A DNA stretch of 64,000 nucleotides, taken from positions 18,416,001 through 18,480,000 of the forward strand of contig NC_087437.1 in assembly GCF_036321535.1 (NCBI RefSeq), in the 5' to 3' direction. This DNA comes from Camelus dromedarius. Its lineage: Eukaryota. Shown in pieces: positions 11,601-24,800 of the stretch; positions within the stretch are counted from its first letter, which is position 1, and each line of letters opens with the position of its first letter. The notes beneath the pieces are model-generated. The model did not search any database and was not told the origin of the DNA. It saw only the letters and a list, made by a program, of their open reading frames with translations. A program made the translations under genes and the position numbers.

Positions 11601-14600
11601 TCTCTGACTTGGCAGGCCTGTATGGAGTCTGGGAATCTGCACTTCCTGGATGAGTGTGGCAGGGGGCTCTGGGACCACGCTACGGGATCCTCTGGCTGCA
11701 GAGAGAACAGTGAGGACTGGATCCAGCCACAGCCTTCAGAAGAGGGGGAGAGGCCACAAGGAGGCCCCAGTGAAGGGCTGGGGGCTGGATCAGAGGGGGA
11801 GGATGTCAGGGTCTCCTAAAATCCCTAACAGAGAGGTCAGGGACTCCTCCCACATATAACAAAGAAGGAGCTCCGTGGCTGTCAAAGAGCCTCCTGTGTT
11901 ACCCACGACTCTGGGCTGAACCTGGAGCAGGGCTCTCAGCTTCCTTGGATGCAGGTTTTGAGATAGATAAAAGGACCACAGCTGGTGACATCACCTGTCA
12001 GGCTGCTCCCTCCTGGCCACATCGGGGTCACAGGGTCCCATGAGGGTTCGCCAGGCAGTGACCACGTCCTCGGTACCCTCAGTCCTGGTGAGGATCAGGA
12101 GGCGGCTCGGTCCACTGCACATGTAATGGAGCAACTTCTCAAATGCCTCCTAGCACAGGGAGGGGGAAACAGTGACCCAGGCCTGCAGAGGGTCAGCGGG
12201 CCCATCCCACCCGCAGGATGGGGGATGGTCACCAGCCGGCAGGCCTGTGGAGGGCTCCAGGGAGCTGGGGCAGTGATGCCCAACTACACCCAGAGAACCT
12301 AGATACAAGTTAAAGGCAGAAAGATGAATCTTTGAGTTCACTCATTTGGGGTTGAACATGAGATTAGTAAATTAGGTGGGGGCATTGAGAAGACCAAATA
12401 CATGGGAGTCATGTGGGTGTGGGATGCAGTAGAGGCTTATTTGGGGCAGTGCCTTGAAGCCTGTCCTCCTTCTTCAAGGAAAACTCAGGCTTCCTTCAGG
12501 GAGCAGCCCTTCCCCATTTCACTTGGTCCTTGTCGGGCTGACAGCCACAAGGCCTATCCACCCGTCCCCACACATACCCCCTCATCTGAGAGGTGGGGCC
12601 CAAGCCAGGTCAACTAGACCCTCCCTCCCCAGAGGGTAAGAAGCAGAAGCAGATGGAATGTGGCTGAATCTGAGTCACCCAGCGGCCGCAGCCGCAGTGA
12701 CTCCCTGGGATCCCTACCCCCACCTCGGTTTTCTCCCCACACCTTCCTCGTGCAACTCCTTCAACTCTCTTCAGTTCTGGGAGGCACGGAGTCTCCTTTC
12801 AATAAATTCCTTATTTCATTGCTTATGTTAGAGTCAGAATCTCATCCTTGCTGCCAAACAGCGTTGAGCTGATACAGCCTAGAGTCATCATTCTGAGAGC
12901 AAGTTCCCGGCCCACCTACTGTTCAGACTCTTGAACTTCATTATACTCTTATTTTCTCCCAGACTAGTATCAATCCGTAAACATAATGTTGGAGACAGAG
13001 AAAGAAGTGAGAGTGTGTTGGAAGCAAAGGAGCTGACCTCGCCAGCTCGGCGCTGGTAGAAAAGTCGCATTTCTTCTTCCGTCATGGTTCTCTCTTCGTT
13101 TGTTAAAATGTCGAACCCGGCTTCCTGGATCTGCAGAATATATACATACATACTCTGAAAGGGTAAAGCAAGCCCAAATTCACATTTCGATGTGTTGAAA
13201 GTAAAAGATGTTGGAAAAGGCAGCATGAAAAGCAGTGGAGACCCTCATCCTCATCACATCTGTCCCAATGAGATTTAAAACGTTTAATTTAGTCAAATGG
13301 AATTTTAATTAAGACTCCTTAAAAGCCTTCTCTTCCCCTCAACCCAGCTATGTGAGCCCCCCCACCCCATGTTTCCACCAGGGAAGACATGATGGTGGTC
13401 CATAAGGTAAGTGCCCTCTCTCTTACCTTCATGATAATCTCATCCGTCTTCCCATGCACCACCGCGTCTGGTTTAATGATGGCCAAGGTGCAGGCCTTCT
13501 CTGATGCAACTGGAACAAGCCGGGGATGGTGCTGTCAGATGCTGGGCTCACAGGAGGCTCGCAGGAGGCCCTCCCCAGGGACCTGGCCACCCTGCACACA
13601 GCCCCCGGCCTCCTGGCTGTGCTCCTGCAGACCTGGACTTTAGTGGATGCAGGGGTCTGGCTCCAGACCCCAACCTCAACCTGGCTGCAAGGGACAGAGA
13701 CATGCAAGAGACACGGACCGGGTGTGCGGATGGCGTGGGGAGGGAGAGAGATGCAGGAGGAGATCAAAGATGACTCAGGAACAAAACCCCAGAAACAACC
13801 AAGTCAGCCTGGAGCCGGGAAGAGCTGGAGCAGAGGCAACGCAGGCCGGGCCACTCTTGACCCTTCCTGTCACCTTCTAGTGATTCTTGGTCTCTAAGTG
13901 CTGTCTATACTGTGTTCTCCTCTCACTCCACTGCCTCCTTTGCCAGGGCGTCTTTTTTACTTTCCAACAATGTCTCCAGGCAGCACACACAACTAAACTG
14001 CACCTTCAGTCTTCGCGTTGTTCAAATTCTCCAGAGAATTGGCCAGCTAGCTGGCGCCCAGGCACCAGACACAGCTCACAGGCCAGCCCACTGCTCAGCG
14101 ACCCCAGGTCCGACCAGCGGCGGTGGGGCGGGAGGGGCCAAGTGAGCGCAGGCCCCCGCGCATGCCCAGTGGGCGCCTCTGCGACGCCGGTTTGTCCCGG
14201 CCCGGCCTTGGTGAGCTGCCTGCGCGCTCCACAGACTGCATCCCCCGTGGCCTATTTCCTCAACTTTTACACGAAACCTGCCAGTCTCTGCATCCTACTG
14301 TGGAAATCTAAGAATGTGGACTGCAAAGGTATGAATCATTTTAAGCCACCAGTCTATTCATTTTGTGTGTGTGGGTGAGCACCATGTCTAACATCCCGTG
14401 AACACTTGGACTTTAAGGAGCTCTTACAGTGAGTTCCCTTATAAATTGACTGACTGACCAGAGCACCTGGAGGTGGAGAGCAAGAGGCCAGAGCGGAGCC
14501 GCAGCCTGAAAAGGAGCGAAAGGAAAGAAAAGCCAAGGAAGAGGGGGCTGCGGGGAGGCCAGAGAAAACGAGGACAACGAGAAAGGTCGCGACGTCTCCA

Positions 14601-17600
14601 CACCAAACGAGGAGGGGGCTTTGAGTAGGAAGACGCTGCGGAGGGCAGCCAAGCCTGCAGAAGGATGCCGTGGGCTATGACTGGAAACCGCCCGGAGGAG
14701 TTGGCACCACCTGGGCACTGGAGCCCCGGTGAGAAGCAGTGGGGGGAGGAGGGGGCCCAGAGGCCGGACCGCAGCGGGTGGGCCGGGGCCGGGTGAGGGC
14801 AGCCCCAGGACTGTGGGCCCGGTTCAGGACCAGGGCCCTGGGGTGAGGAAGGCTAAGGGGAGTGGCAGACTTTTGCACAGGTTTCTAGGAGATGAGTCTT
14901 GATTTGGGAGGAAGTAACAGGGGCAGGGGAGGGAAGAAAGAAGAGATAATCTCCAAAGGAGGCATTAAACGAAGCCAAATCGCTGATTTCCTTTTCACAC
15001 TTTTCTTGGTCTCCTAAACATCGCCTCTTCCCTTGTTACAATCCAGCTCCGCCAGCCCTCATCAACCACATGAGAATAAGTGGCCTGTTTTGGGCAGGAG
15101 GCAGAACTTCCTTCTCTCTCCAGCTGGGTTCCCAAACGGAATCCTGGCTTCCCGGTGTCTCAGTGACCAGGGGGAGCACCCCCTGACAGAACAGCCTCTG
15201 TAACTTCTGGCTTCTCTTCACACTCTCAGGTCAAGGTGTTCTTCTCATACTAAAGGTTCAGGAAGAACTGCGGTGCCCAGGAGTGTGAAATCCATGGGTT
15301 GATACTTGGGGGATACGGGGACGAGGGTGCAGGGCTGTGGGGAGGGAAAGTGTTCAGTACAGAAAAAGGTGGAAGAAACTCTTTCCGTCAAATAAGGACT
15401 AAGGAAGCACCAGCATCATCACTCCCCCTTAGCAATGTTGCTCCTCTCCCATTTTATTAAGGGAGTCTTTCCTGATGCCCGGCGATTGCCATGAAAGTCA
15501 CATGTCATGTTTGAACTTGGTCAGAAAGCGGTGAAAGGTGCCTGAGAGGCTATTACAGGGCAGGAGGAAGACCTGACACTGTATGTTTGAAGTCAGGTGG
15601 CTGGAGACCATTTGGGTCATCTTCCCAGAGTTCAGGCTGCTCAATAAACTGGTGACTCGTATATTTTTTAAAAAACACATCAAATCTGAGTCCACATTGC
15701 CTGTTTGCCTTGCTTGTTGGTTCTGTACTCACCCACGTCCTCGTCTTCACCATCGTCCTTTTCGTGGGAAAAGCATTCAACTTCATTAGAAAGAGCCTCA
15801 TCTTTAATCTAATACAAATTAGTCATGAACAGAAAGGTGTCAGCTAATTGAAATTCCACAAAGACCTTCAAAAACCGACAGAAGCTCAAAAAGTAAGGGT
15901 CCCCAATGCAGAGCAAAAGAAGAGAGTCAAGTCCTGGAAACTTGACAAGATCCTTTTTAGTTGTTGGGTGATGGTGGGGGGTGAGAGTGTTTGAAGGCAA
16001 GGGAATCCATGCTGATCTTAAGGTTTAGATTCTGCCTATTTTCACAAGCATCACATAGAAACCAGGGAAAAAGACAAAATAGAGAGTTAACAAGAAGACA
16101 AAGGAAGAATTGATATGCAAGCTATTATTAAGCAATTGCCTGTGCAGTGCAGGGAGGTAGGAAAGAGAGAGGTCGTTTATTTATGGAGGAGGCATAAGTG
16201 TTGTGATTTTCTTTCTTGGGGAAAAATTGCCAGTTTTCTTGGGGAAAATATAATTTGGTTCTAACTTATTCTATAAAAACAAAGTTTTGCTATTTGGAAC
16301 TGAATATGAATTGGAATTGAAATGGACATAGAACGGGTTAAGGTTTGTTTGCAGGTGCTCAGAGCACCCGGAAATACTTCTTTCTACCTAAGGTGTGTCA
16401 GTTTTCAAAGGCTGCTGATTTATTTGTGAAAAACTTGCAGTCCATGTTGTCATGGAAGTAATTTATCCAAGTCACAAGCAGTGCTGACCCTACTTCTCGT
16501 GGTAATGACGGAGCTTAATTTCTAATTAAAGAAACCTGGGATCGCAAGTAAAACTTGGGAATGTGAGGGGAGGGCGGGTCCCTAGGAGAGATTTCACCCT
16601 GAGGCTGACTCCTCCTCCCCGCTACTGGATTCATAACTATTTTCATTTCTGAATTCATTGTCAGGGTTCCAGAAACCCTTGTTGAGAGAGAAAGTGGGGA
16701 AGAAAGGGAAATGGATAAAAGATGTTAGAGTGTCCTGGATGAAGGGGACAACTTCTTAAAAGGGGGTTTCACAGTGGGCAGTGCCAGCCTTCAGGGGGCC
16801 CGCCGCCAGGGTGGGCATTTAATGCTGCTTTCTGTGGACAGTGAGGAAATTGGTGGGGCAGGGGAGGGACCTGCTGGCCTGGCCTAGGAAACATTTGTGA
16901 GCTGGCCGCCCCTAGGACTGCTCTGCTTACCACCCTCCGCTCTCCGCCTCTGGCCAGCACCCTCTTCTCTGCCTCCAGCTGGTCAAGGATGGTTTTCTGC
17001 AGCAGGGGGGCGTCTGCTCCTCTAACCACCGCCACCAGGTCTCCTCCCTGGAACACAGCCCAGATGGTTGGCACAGACGACACTGTATCAGCCTCTGTCC
17101 AAGAGTGTCCCAGAGGTTTGCTTAGGACCATCCCCAAGGTCAGAGTCCTCCTTGGACCCCAGGCCCACAGCTTCATCCACTTCCCTGCCTGCTACCCCAC
17201 GCCCCTCCCTTCAACACTTCCTTCAGGGCAGGAGGGAGTTAGCTGCGGGAGGACTAGGGTCCACTGGGTTGTGAGTGACTAAGGGCGGCCTCTCCATGGC
17301 TCCTTCGCTCAACAAATATCAGTTGAGCACTTACTATGCCAAACACCAGGACAGGCAGAGAGAGAAACACTACACATGAAAGACAGAGTCCTCACCCTCA
17401 GTGAATGGGGGTTCTAGTGGGGAGAGAGGTGGTCAGGTCAGAGATACAATTACAGTAGAATAAGCTCATTGCTTTCATAGGGGTATTTGGAATTTGGGGC
17501 AAGAATCAATTCCCAACTCCATCTGGGGCGATCAGGGAAGACTTCCCGGTGGAGGTGGTGTTCCTGGTGAACCTGAGTTTCCCGCTTTCACTTTTTCAGA

Positions 17601-18856
17601 AGTCTGGATGCCTGTCACTCACGAAAGTCCCATCTCACCCCGAAAGGACCACCACTATGTGACTGAGGCACTGCCACGTGTTCCCACACGGCCGATTATG
17701 TTTTTATGCTTCAGTCCCACCCACCACGGGCACAAGGAAGCAAACCGCTGTCATCATGATCCCTTTTCCGCAACTGAGCTCTGATGCTGGTTCAGCTGGG
17801 AGCACGTTCATCTCAGCACTTCCCACCTTCCCCCATACCCACCAGTTTTCATCATGGAACTTCAGTCTCCCTCCTGAATGTCAAAACTCATATTATACAT
17901 GTACCTTCATTTGTGATACTTGCCGTATCTGAGAGCTGAGGGACCGAAGGTTGCAAAACTAAACCACCCTGGCCAGGTGGGCAGACCCCAGTTTCCCTGA
18001 CTGTGCAATGAGGGGCTTGACCGGGTCAGGAGGAGAACAGCGGTCAGCTGTCTTCAGGGACTGGCAAGTGACTAAGCCCAGGAAGCCAGGTGTGAGACAG
18101 GGGACTCTCAGGGGCCTGGAGCCCAGCATGGATGTCACACCCAAAGGCATCCAGATGATCTTACAAACGCTGAACCACTGGGCTGTCAGCAGTCGTCCCC
18201 CTCATTTCTGACTTTCTGTCAACATATCTTCACAGTTTACAATGAGCAAAGGTAAATGCAGAGCTCGTCCGCCCCACGAGGGGTATTCACATCTGCTGAA
18301 AGGTCCCCTGTATGGAGCTGAGGGTGGGAATCTCCACACTCTGCGCTCTGAGAGTCAGACCTCAGTCGGGAGTGTTCATGAGCCAGAAGGAACCCACACA
18401 TCTGAGTGACTCCTCCTCCTTCCTGTGTCCTGTCCTTGGGAAGGCCGAGCCCAGAGCGACCGCCAGGGGCTGGGCGTCCACCCCAGCCAGCCCATGGGCA
18501 GGGCCCCTGCCTGTCCCAGTCCCAGTCCCACCTACACTGCTAAGATTAAGGACGTCTGTCCACAACCAAAATCACAGTCCAGGAGAAGATGCAGTACTGT
18601 CGTGGATGAGTGAGGCCTCTTGGTGACTGCCAGTGAGAATTAATGCCAGAAAGACGCATCTATCCCAGCTCTCATGATCTGCTACCAGGGATCTGAAATG
18701 TACTTACTGCATAAAACAGAAAGGTCGGCTCACACCTCCCACGGTATTTTTCGAGGACATCGAGACAGTCCGCTTCTGCCTAAAGAAAACGAGCTGTCAG
18801 CGGGGGCAGGAGGGTGAACAACCATGAAGGACAACACCCGTGTGCCCGCGCGCGCG

Positions 18857-18890
<34 letters not shown>

Positions 18891-21800
18891 GTGATGGCCC
18901 TCCCCAGGCGGAGCCCTGGCTCACTCTCATGCTGCTCCTTCTAATGTCTTTTCATCAGAATCTTAACAACTGTCCTGTCAACATATTGGTAAAACTGTTT
19001 GCCAGTGTACTTTTTTGAAGAATAAACTCAGGAAGAAATGACAGCTTTGCCTGCTCCAGATGGAAGGAGTCCCCCCACACCCTGTTAACATCCCACATCT
19101 GCCCTGAGTGGCAGCAACAGAGGTGAGGTCCTGCAGCTCTGCCTCCAAGTCTGACAAGGCCCTTCTGCCCATGGACGAGGTTCCCTATCCAGGCACCCCC
19201 TCCACACGCTCCAAGAAAGCCTCAAAACCACGTCTCCAGAGAGTGCCAGCCCTGGAAGCCCAGCTCTTGGAGAATCAGCGTGAGGTCCACTCCTGCGTCT
19301 CCAATCTGCACCTCAGACCCGTGCAGCACATCCAGGGTCTCATACACGTTTCTCTGGAATCCATTCCTGTTTCCATGCATTGACCCAAGTTAACATTTGC
19401 TAGAAGTTCCCCTTGAGGGAGCAGAGGATGGAAATCATAAACCCTGTGCTCTGACAGTGAAACTTCAGGGCTTCCAGTGTGCATGAGCCAGGAAGGGGCA
19501 CTTGCCTGAGAGTGGCGGGACCCCCCCCCCGCCCCCCGCCAGCCACAGTATCAGGAGGCAGCCCCACCCACGTGACTGCCAGCCAGGCGGGGTTGGGGGA
19601 GTCCTCCTCTCTGGAGACACTGATATCAGCCAAAAATCCACAACAGATGCCTTTTCACTAATCTGAAAAGGGCCCCTCAAACTTCCTGCTCCTGTTTTTC
19701 AAATTTTCCATGTTTTCACAATGTTGTGCGACATTCTGCCGAGAGAGGATCTTACTAATGCAAAATGCAGGAGGTCCAGGCCCGCTTCCATCCTCATCTT
19801 CTGGAATAGGCTCGCCACGGGTTTGCAGGGGCCACACCAGCCTTGATAGACGTCGACAACTGTGTGGAACCCAGAGGCAGGGGCGTTCAGTGGGCACCGG
19901 CGCCCAGCATGTCGGGCAGAACTGACGCCTGCACGTTCTAACCCTTCCGGTGCACATCTGTTTGCAGGGACATTTAATGGTTGAAGGGATTTATTATCCC
20001 AGCAGAGAATGAGTGAGCACGGAAACACAGCTTTCTCTCAGTCTTCTGATCTCGGTGTTCCGAATCCTAAACACAACCAGGTAAGTATGGTGGAAAATCA
20101 CTTCCTTAATGTGGATCCTTTACCTTAAGAATTTTCAGCTACATTCAGGGTCAGGCCTAGCACAGAGAGCCCCTCAGTAAATATTTGAATTGGACTGAAA
20201 CTATCTCTTCTAAAAGGAAGAGGTGACCTGTCAGCATACGATCAACTCTTAGCTACTTTGATCATAAACAGCGTTCATCTTTCCCCGATGAGTTAAAAGT
20301 CACTTACTTTGGGTAAAGGAGAGCTTTCCTTGCTTTATCAAATCAACATTGTTCTCCTGGAAAGTGAACCTGATAGAGACCTAGGTGGAAACTGGGGTGC
20401 CTTTTTCTGCTTTGGCCCCAGTCTCTGGAATAGGGTGGTGCCAGGTGTGAGGGACTCTTTTGTCTGATTGCACTAGACCTGCGTCTGTAAGAAGCTAAGC
20501 AAAGCCAACACATATGCACGGGACACAGGTAGGACATACCCTGCCTGGTCAGACGCAGCAAGTGCTAGATTGTGACATACCGGTGGTCACATTTTAGAGG
20601 AAGGATGTCTTCCTAAAGACCTCAGCACTCACAGAGCTCATGCCTGCCACACAGCTGGGCGCTTCTGTTCAGCTGCTGGAGCACATGGTCACGGGGAGAG
20701 ACTGCAGACACTGCTTATTAACTATCATCCCTGCCAATCTCAATAGCATGCAATTTGTGATTTTACTTTTCGAAGATTCCCATTTAAAGTTTTTCCCATC
20801 ATAGGAGAATGATGAATAAAACATGACGTAAATTATCGTTATTAAAAGCAGCATCGACTTCGGCAGCACTGTATTCACACTGCGCTGCTGGAGTCAGGGG
20901 AGGAAGCTCCCCAGTGATGAGGAAACTTGCACTGGGCACCGTGGAACGTGCCAGGCTTGGACCCAGAGAGGGAGGCTGTGGGGGGAGGCATGGAGGGGGT
21001 TCAGGGGCCGCTGGGCCGCTTGCTGAGCCAGGCCAGCCGGGCGCTGGGCTTTGGGAAGTGGAGGCAGAGACCACTGAGGAGTGTGGAACGTGGATTTGAG
21101 GAGTTCCATCCTGATTTACTAGGCAATGAGGATTCACAGTAAGTTCTAGAAAAGAGGGGGAGCTAATGTTTACTGAGCTACAAGAGGGCATCTGTCCTTT
21201 TTCTTTCAAAAAATCCAGAGACATAGGTATCATTATCCTACCATAGAAATGAGGAAGGAAATAACCAACCCGAGGTAAAATTAACTTCTGAAGCAGTAGA
21301 ACCAAGTTTTGGACTGAGGTTTATCTCGTGCCATCGCCTGGGCTGTTTCTACTATTCCAGGGAAGATGCATGCAGTCAGGAGTGTTGGTTAGTTCAGTCA
21401 AGCAAGTGAGTGCAGGCTGGACCTAATGCTTCTAACAAACAGAACAGGGCAAAAGCAGTGGGATGTCGCTTTTGAGATTAGGTTACAAAAAAGCTATGAC
21501 TTTTCTTTTTCCCTCTCTCTCTCTCCTTCCCTCCCTGAAACCTGCTCTGGGAGAAGAAAGTTACCATATTTTGAGTTGCCTTAGGGAGAAATTGATGGTA
21601 GGAAATTGATGTCTCTGGTCAACAGCCAGCGAGGACCTAGGTCCTGTCAGTAGCCACAGGAAAGAACTTGGAAATGACCTTCTAAGATCTGCCAAAGCCA
21701 CATGAGGGAGCTTGGAAGTAAATTCAACTCTAATTTGAGCCTTGACATTCCCTGTCTGACTCCTTAGCTTCAGCCTGGTAAGGGACCCAGAGCCAAAAGT

Positions 21801-24800
21801 ACCCAGCTAAGCAACACCTGGATCCTGGATCCACAGAAACCAGGGGATATATCCTTGGTGTTATAAACCACTAAATTTTGGGGTAAACTGTTGCTCAGCA
21901 ACAGATAACTGATACAAGGAGGATAGGGACCAGGAGACCCGGTGACAGTGGCTGTGCCATTTCCTGATGACTGTAGTTCCTGGTTCCACTCCCTTGGGTT
22001 ACCTGGCTCTCCTTCCAGCCAGTGAGTTCCAAGAGACCCCATATCCCTTTCAATACATTCCCCTTTTATGCTTCAGGTAATTACAAGAGGTTTCTTTTCC
22101 TTAATACCAGACAACCCCTGAGTATGACAGTCAGATCTAAAACAAGGGAACCCTGTTATCTGACAGTACTGACTAGTTTCCTGAACTGAACTGTCAGATA
22201 TTCAAGCATAGATATACGCTAAGAAATTACCTGGTTCTTTATGTATGAAACTCAGGATTATAGGAAAATGATGCTCTTTGCAGCTTTTCTCTTCATAGTT
22301 CAATATGTCATTTAGCAGTTTTGAAAAAGATGAGTCTAAAAATTATCTTAAATTACCGGTTAGTCCTTTGGAACTGAGCATTTCATCCCAAAGTTCCTGG
22401 GTGCTGATGTTGACCTAACATCAAAGAGGAACAAAGAATGTATTACTGAGGGCGCCAGTGGGAGACAATTTTAGGTTTTTGCTCCAGATTATCTATCCAT
22501 CTATCTAGCTATCAATCATCTATCTTCTTTCTCTCTGTCAATGAAATAGTTACAAATATGGCTCACACTGTCCTCTTTCCTTAATCTTTTCTCCTTCTCT
22601 CTCTTCCTGCCTCCATCCCCAAGAGTAACCACAATCCTAAGAAAAATCTCATTTTTAAAAAAATTAATTTTTACGTGGTACTTGTTCAAAAAAACAATAT
22701 ATAAAATTGCTCTACGTGCATAAAGGTGCATACATAGCACCATACGTTTTGCAACTTGCGCTTTCACTCAACATTTAACGTTTGGTTTTTTTTTTTGGTG
22801 GGGGAGGTAATTAAGTTTATTTTTTAAATGGAGCTACTGGGGATTGAACCCAAGACCTCGTGCATGTGAGGATGCACTCCACCTCTGGGCTATACCCTCC
22901 CCGTCACTCAACATTTAATTTTGACATTTATCTGTATTTATGTACAGAGAGGTTCACATTCAGTTTTTCTTTTTTGTCTTTTTATACATTGTACGAGCTA
23001 TAAATTCTATACGTGAGATACACAGAGTTAAACTATTACAAATCAATGAGTTTTGACAAATGCATTCAGCCAGATAACCACACCCCCATCACAATACAGA
23101 ACATTGTATCAGCCCAGCAGGTCCCCTCCTGCCTCCTCCCAGTCACTCCCCACTCCCCACCCCAGGTAAACACTCATCTGCTTTCTGTCATGATAGATTC
23201 ATTTTGCCTGTTCTAAAACTTCATATAAATGAAATAATACAGTGTGTCTTATTTTGTGCTGGCCTCTTTCGCTCAGCATATTTGGGAGGTCCATCTGTGT
23301 AGCTGTCTGTCAGTGGTTTGCTAACTTTTATTCCTGACCATGTTCCATTGTGTGATAGTATCATAACTGGCTTGATAGTTTGGGGTTGTTATGAATAAAG
23401 ACATGAATATTCTTATTAAATCTTTTTTTGTTCATGGGTTTTTTGTTTTTTTTTTCAGTAAGTAAATACCTAGGAGTTAAATTGCTGGGACGTGGGGTAA
23501 ATGTATGTTCAGTTTAATAAGAGACTGCCACTGCTTTTCCTAAAGTGGTTGAAACAATTTAAACTTCTACCAGTAGAGTATAGGAGTTCTGGTTGCTCCA
23601 CATTCTCACTAAAATTTGGTGTTTTCAGTCTTTTAAATTTTAGCCACACTAATGGTGATATAGTGGTATCTCATTGTGGCTTTAATTTCATTTTCCTGAT
23701 GACTAATGGTGTTGAGCACTATTTAATGTGCTTATCAACCATTTGTATACATTCCTTGAGAAGTGTCCATTGATCTGTCCATTTTCTTATATTGGATTGT
23801 TGGCCTTTTTATTATATATATATATAATATTTATATTATATAATATTTATATTATATATATTATGATATTTATATATATTTATATACTATATATATTTGG
23901 GCCCATGTTCTTTATCAGATACATGTATTATAAATATTTTCTGAGTCTGTGGTTTGCCTATTCATTTCCTTAACAGTGTCTTTTGTTGAGCAGAAGTGTT
24001 TAATATTGATGAAGTCTAATTTATCAAATTTTAGCTTTGTGGTTAAGGCTACTTTGTCTTCTTAGGAAACCTTTCCTCAAAGTCACAAAAATGCTCTCTT
24101 ATTTTCTTCTAGAAGCTTTATAACTTAAGCTGTCACATTTAAGTCTGTGAGCCATTTGAAATTAATTTTTGTCTATATTGTGAGGAAAGGGTTATGGTTA
24201 ACTTTTTTCCCATGTAGAGGCATAGCTGTTTCTGCAAAATTTGTTGAAAAAATTTATTTCATTATTAAATTGCTTTGGCACTTTTGTTGAAAACCAGTTA
24301 GTTGCATAAGTGTGGGTTTATTTTAGACTCTATTCTGTTTCATTTACCCACTTACCTGTTTTTTGCTGGCACCGTACTATTTTGATTACTGTAACTTTAT
24401 AATAAGTCTTAGAATCAGCCAGGGTGAGGCTTCCATATCTGTTCTTCTTTTTCAAGATTGTTTTGGCTATTCTAGGTCCTTTGCATTTCCATATACATTT
24501 TAGAACCAGCTTGTCAATTTCTGCAATGATTTTAATTGGGATGCATTGACTCATTTAACCAATTTGGGGAAAAAACTGAAATCTTAATAAGAATGAGTCT
24601 TTCAGTCCATGAGCATAGTGTTTCTTAACATTTATGATTAAATCTTCCTTAATTTTTCTCAGCAATTAGTTGGATTGGTTGGAACTCATTGGGATTAGTT
24701 AGAATGGTTGGATTGGTTGGAACTGGTTGGATTGGTTGGAATTGGTTGGATTGGATGGAACTGGCTGGATTAGTTGGAACTGGTTGGATTGGTGGAGTGT

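Noticed and set aside
24667..24796. Possible CRISPR-like array
   Set aside because: These are head-to-tail tandem units with no unique spacers, in eukaryotic intronic DNA with no cas genes.
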